NCBI GenBank assembly: GCA_963719315.1 | Contig: CAVRBU010000002.1 | Span: 2,048,001 to 2,112,000 of the forward strand | Reading direction: 5' to 3' | Length of the DNA: 64,000 nucleotides | Origin: an uncultured Planctomycetota bacterium | GTDB taxonomy: Bacteria; Planctomycetota; Planctomycetia; Pirellulales; Lacipirellulaceae | Part shown: positions 53,314-62,518 of the stretch, piece by piece | Position numbering within the stretch: the first letter of the stretch is position 1 | Layout of the letters: every line of letters begins with the position of its first letter | Translations under genes and position numbers: made by a program | The notes under the pieces: model-generated | What the model was told of the DNA's origin: nothing | Seen by the model: the letters and a program-made list of their open reading frames with translations, nothing else | The model's database searches: none

Positions 53314-55147
53314 ATGGGCTACCGCACGCTTCGCGATTGTCTCGACGACCTCGAACGCCACCGCCACCTCGTCCGCGTGGATGCCGAAGTCGACGCCCGG
53401 CTTGAAATCGCCGAAATACAGCGTCGCGTATGCGCCGCGGGCGGGCCGGCGCTGTTGTTCACCCGCGTGAAAGATTGCCGCTTCCCGGTGGCGTGCAACC
53501 TGTTCGGCACGATCGAACGCGCCCGATTCATGTTTCGCGACACGCTGGAGCACGTGCGGCGGCTGGTGGAGTTGAAGATCGACCCAACGGCCGCCCTACG
53601 CCACCCCCTGCGATATGCCGGCTTGCCGCTTAGCGCACTCGCAACGCTGCCCAAGTTCGTCCGCCGCGCGGATGTGATGGCCAATGAGACGAACATCTCA
53701 CAATTGCCGCAGCAAGTGAGCTGGCCCGAAGATGGCGGCGCGTTCATCACGCTGCCGCAGGTCTATACGGAAAATATAACGAACCCTGGCTGGCGGCACT
53801 CAAACCTCGGCATGTACCGCGTGCAACTCTCCGGCGGACGGTACGACCGCGACCGCGAAATCGGCCTGCACTATCAAATCCAACGCTCGATCGGCGTCCA
53901 CCACGCTGCCGCGATTCAAGCTGGCCTACCGTTTCGCGTCAATGTTTTCGTCGGCGGCTCGCCCGCCATGATGCTGGCCGCCGTGATGCCGCTCCCCGAA
54001 GGCATGAGCGAGCTGACATTTGCCGGCGCGCTCGGCGGTCGACGCATCCGCTTGCTCCGCCGCAAGGACGGCCTCCCCATCCACGCCAACACCGATTTTT
54101 GCATCTGCGGTACGGTTATTCCCAACAAGCTGCTGCCCGAGGGCCCGTTCGGCGACCACCTGGGCTACTACAGCTTGCAGCATGACTTCCCAGTGCTACG
54201 CGTGGAGCACGTCTACCATCGCGACGGCGCGATCTGGCCAATCACGGTCGTCGGCCGCCCGCCGCAGGAGGACACGATCTTCGGCCAACTCATCCACGAG
54301 CTCACCGGCCCCGTGATTCCGAGCGTGCTGCCCGGCGTTAAATCCGTTCACGCGGTCGACGCCGCCGGCGTCCACCCGCTGCTGCTCGCCATCGGCAGCG
54401 AGCGGTACTGGCCGTTCGCCGAATCGCAACGGCCGCAGGAATTGCTCACGCAGGCCAACGCCATCCTGGGCCAGGGCCAATTGTCGCTGGCGAAATTCCT
54501 GCTGATCGCGAACCACGCCGACGACCCCGCGCTCGACGTCAACAATGTCGCTGCGTTCCTACAGCACATTTTGCAGCGCGCCGATTGGACGCGCGACCTG
54601 CATTTTCAAACCCAAACCACGATCGACACGCTCGACTACTCGGGCAGCGCGCTCAACGCCGGCTCAAAAGTCGTCATCGCCGCCGTTGGTCCGCCGCGGT
54701 TCGACTTGGTTACCGCACGTGCCGTCCGATTTGCGCCTGCCAGACGGCTTACAGCGATCCACGAATTGTTGTGCCCGGCGTCCTCGCAATCGAAGGCCCG
54801 CGCCTACAGTCGCAAGCTTGGTTTCCGCCCTGCCAAACTCCCCCTTCCCCACTCCCCACTCCTCCTTCGCTTCCTTCCGCTGGATCGTGATCGTCGACGA
54901 CTCGCAATTCGTCGCCGAGTCGCTCCGTAATTTCCTGTGGGTCACGTTCACCCGCACAAACCCGGCCGCCGACATTCACGGCATCGAATCGTTCACCGAA
55001 GACAAGCACTGGGGCTGCCGCGGACCGCTGGTGATCGACGCGCGCATGAAACCACATCACGCCCCGCCGCTCGTGGAAGATCCAGAAATCTCGCGCCGCG
55101 TCGAAGCACTAGCCGCTCCCGGCGGCCCCCTGCACGGCATTCTATAA
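53314..55147 (+). CDS. UbiD-family decarboxylase, long form; frameshift near 54715
   Basis: NLFGT, WPEDGGAF, NLGMYR, EGPFGDHLGYY, GRPPQED, DTLDYS; tail FLWVTFTRTNPAADI...IDARMKP. Confidence 0.9.
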
Positions 55148-55325
55148 ACAAAGCCCTCAATCAAAATCGACACATCGCCGCGCATAGCCGCCGAGCTACG
55201 CTCGGCCGGGCCCCGCACCTCCCGTTGCGCAACCACGCCGAATGTCGTAAACTCGCAGCATGGCAATTTGGCCCACGTTCTTCGCAATCTCATTCCGAAC
55301 CACCGACCGTGTCCTCACCAGCGGC

Positions 55326-55619
55326 ATGTGGTGGCTCGCGATCATTTGGCTCGGCTTCTTCGGCGGCGCCGTCGGAAGTTTCCTCACCGTCGTGTGGGAC
55401 CGCCTCGGCACCGGCGAAGGATTCGTGTTCCCCCGCTCGCGGTGCCCCGAGTGCGACCGGCCGATCCGCTGGTATCACAACGTGCCTGTGGTGGGGTGGC
55501 TTTTGCTGCGGGGCCGCTGCTACGATTGCGGCAGCCGCATCCCCCTAAAGCATCCGCTCGTCGAGTTGGCCTTCGCCCTATTATTCATCTTGATTGGCTT
55601 ATCGACTCCCTGGCTCTAA
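55326..55619 (+). CDS. Stand-alone prepilin peptidase N-terminal (Zn-binding, DiS_P_DiS) domain
   Basis: GSFLTVVWDRL, PRSRCPEC, WYHNVPVVGWLLLRGRCYDC, PLVE; alternative start at 55260. Confidence 0.85.
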   Translation: MWWLAIIWLGFFGGAVGSFLTVVWDRLGTGEGFVFPRSRCPECDRPIRWYHNVPVVGWLLLRGRCYDCGSRIPLKHPLVELAFALLFILIGLSTPWL

Positions 55620-55722
55620 CAAAACTGCAAGCACAATAGACAATCGCCCACTGCCAACAGATGTGAAATACGTTGTTTTCAATGGATCTCTATTCGTTGA
55701 GCGCTCGAAGGAACCGTGATTG

Positions 55723-56724
55723 ATGTCCAAACGCGATCAACCGAAACCAGAAGCGCAAGCAGGCACAGGCGCATCATTCCTCAAGGACCCCACGCGCAAA
55801 ATCGGACCGGGTGTCGAACCGAAGTTTGCGGAATCCGATGCCGACGACGAAGCGAAAACCGCGGAAGCGTTGCAAACACCACCCATCTCGGCCGAAGTCG
55901 CCGCCAATCGCCTCGCAATTCTGAAAGCGCCGAGCTACCAACTGGCCGAGCTCGATATCGATTTTCTTGGCCGCAAAGAAAATCGCCCGTTGCGGATGCA
56001 GCTCGAACTGCTCAAAACCGAAACGCTGCTTCGCGAACATCAAATCGATGCCACGGTCGTTGTCTTCGGCGGCACCCAGATCATGCCCCGCGAACAGGCC
56101 GAGGCCGTCCTCCGCGAAGCCAAGCTGAACGCCGAAAAATCGCCGCACGATCCCAAAGTCGCCCGCGCCCTGCAGCGGGCCGAACGGATCATGGCCAAGA
56201 GCCATTTCTACGACGATGCCCGCGAGTTCAGCCGGCTCGTTTCGACGGCCAAAGAGGTCGGTGGCCGGCCGCGGTTCGTCGTGATGACCGGCGGCGGCCC
56301 CGGCGTCATGGAAGCCGCCAACCGCGGCGCGTTCGAAGCCGGCGCCAAGAGCATCGGCCTGAACATCGACCTGCCGCACGAGCAGGAGCCGAACCCGTAC
56401 ATCACGCCCGACCTGTGCTTTCAATTCCACTACTTCGCGATGCGCAAATTTCATTTCGTCCTGCGGGCGGCCGCGTTGGTCGTCTTCCCCGGCGGCTTCG
56501 GCACGCTCGACGAACTGTTCGACTGCCTCTGTCTCCGCCAAACCCGCCGGATGCAACAAATCCCGGTGATCCTGTACAGCCGCGAGTATTGGGACGGCGT
56601 CATCGACTTCCATCGCCTCGCCGACGAAGGCGTGATCGATGATGAAGACTTGAAGCTGATCGACTACGCCGAAACCCCCGAGCAAGCCTGGAGCATCATC
56701 GCCAAATTCCACGGACTCAAGTAG
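55723..56724 (+). CDS. LOG-family nucleotide phosphoribohydrolase
   Basis: TGGGPGVMEAANRGA, EQEPNPY, FAMRK, PGGFGTLDE. Confidence 0.92.
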   Translation: MSKRDQPKPEAQAGTGASFLKDPTRKIGPGVEPKFAESDADDEAKTAEALQTPPISAEVAANRLAILKAPSYQLAELDIDFLGRKENRPLRMQLELLKTETLLREHQIDATVVVFGGTQIMPREQAEAVLREAKLNAEKSPHDPKVARALQRAERIMAKSHFYDDAREFSRLVSTAKEVGGRPRFVVMTGGGPGVMEAANRGAFEAGAKSIGLNIDLPHEQEPNPYITPDLCFQFHYFAMRKFHFVLRAAALVVFPGGFGTLDELFDCLCLRQTRRMQQIPVILYSREYWDGVIDFHRLADEGVIDDEDLKLIDYAETPEQAWSIIAKFHGLK

Positions 56725-56863
56725 GTCGGGCTTTAGCCCGACTTATGTTGTCCAAGATTGCAATACTGAGTTGAAACAGCGAGCCATGCGTGCGAATGCG
56801 AGCCGCAACGCGGCGACAGTGAATAGCCAAGAGCGTGAGCCCCTGATTAGCAAAACCGAAGCG

Positions 56864-56928
56864 AGGTGTCGGATGTCGGATAAGAAGCTGATCTCCGACG
56901 CCTGACCGACACCCGACACCCGACACCT
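56864..56928. repeat. Inverted heptamer array (GGTGTCG / CGACACC)
   Basis: aggtgtcggatgtcgga...tccgacgcctgaccgacacccgacacccgacacct. Confidence 0.8.
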
Positions 56929-56966
56929 GGCTATTAACTGCCGATCCTTTGAGCCACAACGCGACA

Positions 56967-57716
56967 ATGACAAACACAGATAACTCGCCTGTCGCACTCG
57001 TCACCGGCGGCGCCGTCCGCGTCGGCGCGGCGATCGTTCGCGAACTGGCCGCTCGCGGCTACCGCGTCGCCATTCACGCCAACACTTCGCTCGACCGCGC
57101 GCAGGAACTGGCAAACGAACCTACTGCCGCCGGCCACGCCGCCGCGGCGTTCGGCGCCGATCTCCGCGACGAAGAGGCCACCCGCGCCATGATCGACCGC
57201 GTCCGCCGCCATTTCGGCCGGCTCGACGCGCTCGTCAACAGCGCCGCCACCTGGTCGCCGACGCCGCTGGCGAGCGTCGTGGCCGACAACGTCCGCCGCT
57301 TCTTCGAGGTCAACACGCTCAGCACCTTCATCTGCTGTCAACACGCCGGCCAAATCATGGCGCAGCAAGCGCAAGGCGGCGCGATCGTGAACATCGGCGA
57401 CTGGGCCGTCGAACGCCCCTACCGCGACTACAGCGCGTACTTCGCCTCGAAAGGCGCGATCCCCACCCTCACGCGCGTGTTCGCCATCGAACTCGCCCCG
57501 AAGGTCCGCGTGAACGCCGTCCTCCCCGGCCCCGTTCTGCTGCCCGAAAGCGTCTCCGAAGCCGACCGCCGCCGGGCCATCGCCGGCACGCTCCTCGGCC
57601 GCCCCGGCCGACCCGAAAACATCGCCCACGCCGTCGCCGCGCTTCTCGAAAACGACTACATCACCGGCGTCTGCCTCCCCGTCGACGGCGGCCGCACCCT
57701 CGGCGACACCGGCTAA
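56967..57716 (+). CDS. SDR oxidoreductase, pteridine reductase/FolM-like
   Basis: TGGAVRVG, LVNSA, YFASK, VNAVLPG, VDGG. Confidence 0.88.
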   Translation: MTNTDNSPVALVTGGAVRVGAAIVRELAARGYRVAIHANTSLDRAQELANEPTAAGHAAAAFGADLRDEEATRAMIDRVRRHFGRLDALVNSAATWSPTPLASVVADNVRRFFEVNTLSTFICCQHAGQIMAQQAQGGAIVNIGDWAVERPYRDYSAYFASKGAIPTLTRVFAIELAPKVRVNAVLPGPVLLPESVSEADRRRAIAGTLLGRPGRPENIAHAVAALLENDYITGVCLPVDGGRTLGDTG

Positions 57717-57823
57717 GAAACGCGTGGTGGCCAAAAATAGTTCTAGACAGAAGTATACATCTTCTGTTAGGCTGTCTCCCCGTTGCCTCGCGGCAGGATT
57801 CGCTGGCTTTGACCGCAAACTTG

Positions 57824-57908
57824 GTAGGTCCCTTCTGCCGGAAGGGACCTGAGCGAATTCGCAATGTTGCAATGCAGGTGCAGGTCCCGCTCGGCAAGCG
57901 GGACCTAC
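57824..57908. repeat. GTAG-REP doublet
   Basis: gtaggtcccttctgccggaagggacct...aggtcccgctcggcaagcgggacctac. Confidence 0.85.
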
Positions 57909-58405
57909 ATAACGGGCAACGCCGTTCATCGCTCCTTGAAAATCTGTAATAGGCAGGCGCAAATTCGCCGAGTATTGCGTCGACTAACTTGCTCTACACC
58001 GGCGGCTACTGGGCCCTAAAGCCCGCGGCAGTGCATGGTTGGGGCGATCGGCGAACCGCGAATGCGACGGCGCAACGAGGCAAAAATGGGCAATTTTGTA
58101 CCTGAAACATGGGACCCCTATCGGCCGAACAAAACGTATGCCCTGTCCCCGCAAGGAGTTACGAAGATTCTCGCCAGAAGGACCAATCCAAAACGCAATA
58201 AACCCCGAGAGCCAAGCGGTTTTGTACTTTGGCCGCTCGCCAGCAGCGTACAAAACAGACCGCTGTCATTCGGTAGCTCCCGCTGCCTACGCGCCCTCGT
58301 CCTCCGCCAGATTCGCGCGGCTGCCACTGTCGCTTGCCCGGCGGGCGGTTTTATAATGCGGCTCTTACCGTTCGATCATCCAACCACGTATGAGGGAATT
58401 CGACG

Positions 58406-59590
58406 ATGAAAAAATCGCATCGGAATTTCATCGCGCCGTTCGCGGCTCTGCTCGTTTGTTTGGCCACGGCCGGTGTCGTGCGCACCGCTGAAACGGAAAA
58501 GGCCGAAGGCGACAATCCGGGCAAGGCACAACTGGAACAAGCCGCCCAAACCATCGCCGCGGCCGCCAAAGAGAGCATCGCCGCCGCCACGAACGATGCG
58601 GAAGCCGCCAAGCGGGCACAAGCATCGTTCGACATCCTCGCCAACCTCGGCGAGCTCGGTGGTTTCGATACCACGCCGCAATCCGACAAGTTGATGGAAG
58701 AGTTGCTCGCCTCGCCGCAGGCGTCCGTCCTTGAGACGGTCGTTCAAAAGCAATTTATGGACAAGGTCATGACCTGGGGTCGGATGAGCGAAGACGACCG
58801 CGCCGCCGCGCTCGATAACCTGGTCGGCAAAGTCAAGAAGATCGGGCTCACGCAGGGCTTGGCCGAATCGCTCGCGCGGTTGGCCGGCATGTACGGCGAA
58901 CGCGATCAATCCAAGGCAATCAGCAAGGCCATTGCGGAAGTACTGCCATTGGCCAAACAATCGGACGACCCCAAGGCCAAACGCACGTACGCGATGCTCG
59001 AAGGCATCGATCGCCGCATGAACCTGCCGGGCAAGCCGCTTGAGCTCGAGGGCAAGCTGCTCGATGGTTCGACGTTCGATTGGGCTTCCTACAAGGGCAA
59101 GGTCGTGCTCGTCGATTTCTACGCGAGTTGGTGCGGCCCCTGCCGGGCCGAAGCCCCGAATGTGCTCAAGAATTACAAGGCCTACCACGACAAGGGATTC
59201 GAAGTCGTGACCGTCAACTTGGACACCGATCCGAAGTTGGCCGAGAAGTATATCAAGGACACCGGCTGCGATTTCCCCACGATCTACAGCGATAATCCCA
59301 AGGGTTGGGAAACGCCGATGGCGACCAAGTATGGCATCAACGCCATTCCTCGCGTGATTCTGGTCGGCCAGGACGGCAACGTCGTATCGACCAACGCCCG
59401 CGGCCCGATGTTGGCTGAGCTGTTGAACAAGCTGCTCGGTCCGCCGGCCGAAGGTTCCGAAGCCGCAGAGGACGCGGAAAAGAGCAGCAGCATCGACAAA
59501 GTCCGCGATGCCGCGCTCCGGGATGCCTTGTCCGAGCGGATCAAGAAGGCGATCGCCGAGCGATCTGCTCAAGGCGCCGAAAAGAAATAA
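58406..59590 (+). CDS. Secreted TlpA-family redoxin with helical N-terminal extension
   Basis: Signal peptide; GKVVLVDFYASWCGPC; GINAIP. Confidence 0.9.
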   Translation: MKKSHRNFIAPFAALLVCLATAGVVRTAETEKAEGDNPGKAQLEQAAQTIAAAAKESIAAATNDAEAAKRAQASFDILANLGELGGFDTTPQSDKLMEELLASPQASVLETVVQKQFMDKVMTWGRMSEDDRAAALDNLVGKVKKIGLTQGLAESLARLAGMYGERDQSKAISKAIAEVLPLAKQSDDPKAKRTYAMLEGIDRRMNLPGKPLELEGKLLDGSTFDWASYKGKVVLVDFYASWCGPCRAEAPNVLKNYKAYHDKGFEVVTVNLDTDPKLAEKYIKDTGCDFPTIYSDNPKGWETPMATKYGINAIPRVILVGQDGNVVSTNARGPMLAELLNKLLGPPAEGSEAAEDAEKSSSIDKVRDAALRDALSERIKKAIAERSAQGAEKK

Positions 59591-59695
59591 TTCGCACGCG
59601 ACGAATTCGTTGAAGTTTGCAGACACGGGTCGATGCCTCGCCGCATCGGCCCGTGCTGCGTTTGCGACGCGGTTGAAAACCGATGCGAACGATGT

Positions 59696-59992
59696 TTACT
59701 CCGGCGCGATCGGTGTTGCTCCCGGCGGCGGCGTCCCTTTGCCGGCACGAACGTAGCCCGTGCGGCCGCGAGCGTACTCGTCGGCGGCCGGCAGCTCCGC
59801 AGCCGATGGGTCGTTCGACTGGGCCGCTTGAAACAACTTGGCCAGAAACGGCCGGCACCAACCGCAGCCGCTGCCGGCCCCGTGGCATTCGGAAAGCTGA
59901 CTTTCGCGCTGCGGCCGCTCGACGCGAAGGAAATTCACCACCTTGCGCTTCGTGACGTGAAAACACAGGCACAGTTCGTCGTCGAGTTCCAT
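59696..59992 (-). CDS. BFD-like [2Fe-2S]-binding protein
   Basis: LCLCFHV...AGSGCGWC. Confidence 0.85.
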   Translation of the reverse strand: MELDDELCLCFHVTKRKVVNFLRVERPQRESQLSECHGAGSGCGWCRPFLAKLFQAAQSNDPSAAELPAADEYARGRTGYVRAGKGTPPPGATPIAPE

Positions 59993-60003
59993 GGAAACCG
60001 CTG

Positions 60004-61038
60004 CTAACGTTTCTTTTGAAATTCCAACCGCGCCAGCCCCGCTGCGCCGATGTAGCCCGCGTCGCCGCCGAGCGACGCGAACTCGATCCGCACGGCGTCG
60101 CGGAGCGGTTCGAGCAATCGCGGGCGGACCTCGTCGCGAATCCGCTGCAGGAACGCCCGGCCAATCCCGGTGTCGTGGCCACCGAACGTCATCGCTCCGC
60201 CGAGCACCACGGCATCGGGGTCGATCGTATGAATCAAGGACGTGATACCAATGGCGAGCCAATAGGCGGTTTCCATAATCACCCGGCGGGCCAACTCATC
60301 CCCCTTCTCCGCTTCCTCTGCCACAACCAGCGTCGTAATCTCCTCCCGGGCGGCTTGCCGCTTAGCCAGCGACGAAGCGTTCCCGCCGGCCAATGCCGCG
60401 AGCGTCCGGTCAACCACGGCGGTGGCGTTGCAGTAGCTCTCCAACGAACCCTGTTTGCCGAGCGAATCCATCGGCGCATCATCGGCCGGGTTGATGAGAA
60501 TGTGACCGCACTCGCTGCCGCAACTGTGTTCGCCCTCGACAAGCGTATCGCCGATAATGATCCCGCCGCCAACGCCGGTGCCGAGCGTCAGGAGCACGAG
60601 GCTATGAAACTGTTTGCCGGCGCCCGACCAGAACTCGCCGTACGCCGCCGCGTTGGCGTCATTCGCAAAAGCGACCGGCAGGCCGAGGTGATGGCTCACG
60701 CGGTCGCGGATCGGAAAGTCCCACCAGCCGGGCAGGTTGCCGGGGCGAAGGATCATGCCCTGGGCGATGTCCATCGGGCCCGGCGTGGCGATGCCCGCGC
60801 GGACGACATCTTTCCTGTCGATCTTGTTTTCAGCGAGCATGCATCGCACGACATCTGCCATTCGCTCGCAAGCGTCTTCAGCTCCTCTATCCTGCTCGGT
60901 GCGAATCGAGTGATAGGCAAGCGTCTGGCCCGCATTATCCACGACGCCGATTTTGATATTCGTGCCGCCGACATCGAGACCCACGAAGAATGGCTTCTCT
61001 GCCGTGGCACGATCGGCGGTCAATGTTTCGGGAGGCAT
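60004..61038 (-). CDS. ROK-family sugar kinase (glucokinase-like)
   Basis: GLDVGGT, NDANAAAYGE, TLGTGVGGG, ECGH, GSLE. Confidence 0.9.
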   Translation of the reverse strand: MPPETLTADRATAEKPFFVGLDVGGTNIKIGVVDNAGQTLAYHSIRTEQDRGAEDACERMADVVRCMLAENKIDRKDVVRAGIATPGPMDIAQGMILRPGNLPGWWDFPIRDRVSHHLGLPVAFANDANAAAYGEFWSGAGKQFHSLVLLTLGTGVGGGIIIGDTLVEGEHSCGSECGHILINPADDAPMDSLGKQGSLESYCNATAVVDRTLAALAGGNASSLAKRQAAREEITTLVVAEEAEKGDELARRVIMETAYWLAIGITSLIHTIDPDAVVLGGAMTFGGHDTGIGRAFLQRIRDEVRPRLLEPLRDAVRIEFASLGGDAGYIGAAGLARLEFQKKR

Positions 61039-61122
61039 GGATCGTTACTGATGCGGTTTCCTGATAGGCACCTACGGAGTATAAGTCCCCATCCTGCAAC
61101 CGGCAATTGTGAGCGGCTGCCG

Positions 61123-62241
61123 CTACACACCGCGCAGCTCGGTGGAAGAAATATCTTCGCGGAAGATCGCCTCGGGCACTTCATCACAAAGTTGGCGCAA
61201 CGAGGCGGGGACGTCCACTTCCGACAACGTGCAGAACGCGCCCTGCACGCTGCGCCCGAAAACCAGGAACCGGCAGCCGGCGCTCGCGATGACCGCGATC
61301 GCGGCTTCGCGCTCGGCATCGCCGCCATCGTAATACTTCGATTCACCAATGCGGACAATGGTGTCCACGCCGACGACAAACGTGCAGCCCGGTGCGAGTT
61401 CGGCCTTTTCGACGAACCGCGGCGCGCGGGTCAGGAGCACGCGCTCGCCGGCCAATTGCTCGAGCCGGTCGGCAATTTCCACGAAGTCGAGCGGCGGCTT
61501 ATCGACGTTCGCGATCGACAACTCAAACGTCACGGGGCGACCCAACCGTTCGGCCGCGATCTCGGCCATCCGCCGGTGTGCCGCGTGAATTGGGTTGAAC
61601 GCACCCGGGAACAGCACCCTCGGCCATTCGCCGGATTCGGCGACTCGTTCCGGAATGCCGACGTGTGAACGCTCCCCAAGTAGTAGCTCGGTCCAGGATT
61701 GCGGAGCTTGCTGGTCGCGACGCACGATGCCGTCGCCGTCCCTTCCGATTGAAAGGCGAACATCGAATCCGCACGCCTCGGCGACAATATCGACAATGAG
61801 CTGCGTGGCGACGTGCTCCTCTTCGGCCCGCGTTCGCACGCCTTTTTGCAGCTCGCAAGAAACGACCGAAGTGGTTTCGGCCGATTGCCAAGCGACGTGC
61901 ACGCGGTGGGGGCCGCGCTTCGGACGGTTCGACGCAAGGCTGGCCGTCGCGCCAAGGCCGCGAAGCGTGCGCGGGTCGGCATCGGAAAGCGCGCGAGCCC
62001 GTTCGTACGCAGCCATCGCCATCGCCCGGGCCGTTCGTTCGCTGCAATAGTGATCAGGCACGCCGCCGAGCCATTCCTGCAGGGCCGCGGCTGAGTACGG
62101 AACGACCGCCTCCAGCACCGTGGCCGAGGCGTTGGGAACTTCCAGCAACGCGGCAATCGCACCGCTGCCGCCGCCTGTGACGGATAGCACAAGCGGCTTC
62201 GCGGCGGCATGAATACGTTCGACTAGCTGTTGTTGATTCAT
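61123..62241 (-). CDS. CinA-like + NadD-like nucleotidyltransferase fusion
   Basis: VTGGGS...VVPYS...TARAMA; FPGAFNPIHAAH; VGVDT; ISSTELR. Confidence 0.75.
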   Translation of the reverse strand: MNQQQLVERIHAAAKPLVLSVTGGGSGAIAALLEVPNASATVLEAVVPYSAAALQEWLGGVPDHYCSERTARAMAMAAYERARALSDADPRTLRGLGATASLASNRPKRGPHRVHVAWQSAETTSVVSCELQKGVRTRAEEEHVATQLIVDIVAEACGFDVRLSIGRDGDGIVRRDQQAPQSWTELLLGERSHVGIPERVAESGEWPRVLFPGAFNPIHAAHRRMAEIAAERLGRPVTFELSIANVDKPPLDFVEIADRLEQLAGERVLLTRAPRFVEKAELAPGCTFVVGVDTIVRIGESKYYDGGDAEREAAIAVIASAGCRFLVFGRSVQGAFCTLSEVDVPASLRQLCDEVPEAIFREDISSTELRGV

Positions 62242-62518
62242 AACAGGCCCGCCAATCAGTTTACTACAACAGCTAAGAGTGTCTCACGCAAAGGCGTGAG
62301 TCCTCCGGAATTCTACCAGCGTCAGTCCATCGTAATGTGGCATTTTCGCAACGCTGCGATGCGGCGATTTTGTTGGACGTTGGCTTTTTGCAACTGGTTT
62401 TGGCGGCGATTCGCGCGAAAAGACGCGAACAACAAGCGTTTCGGTTGTGGGGTATGCGGGTTGCAAACGTAGGCCGCCAACGTGTCGCAAGCCGACCACG
62501 CTGGAGCCTTCCCCGCCC

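Noticed and set aside
16300..54720. Frameshifts in the DUF11, DUF4430, nupC, uvrA, prs and ubiD-like genes as pseudogenes or programmed recoding
   Set aside because: They are single indels with intact sequence on both sides, include the normally essential prs, and show no evident slippery sites. Sequencing error is the simplest explanation.
57910..58405. Intergenic region as an ncRNA or small gene
   Set aside because: No convincing nested stems, RNA-family motif or RBS-supported ORF was found by eye.
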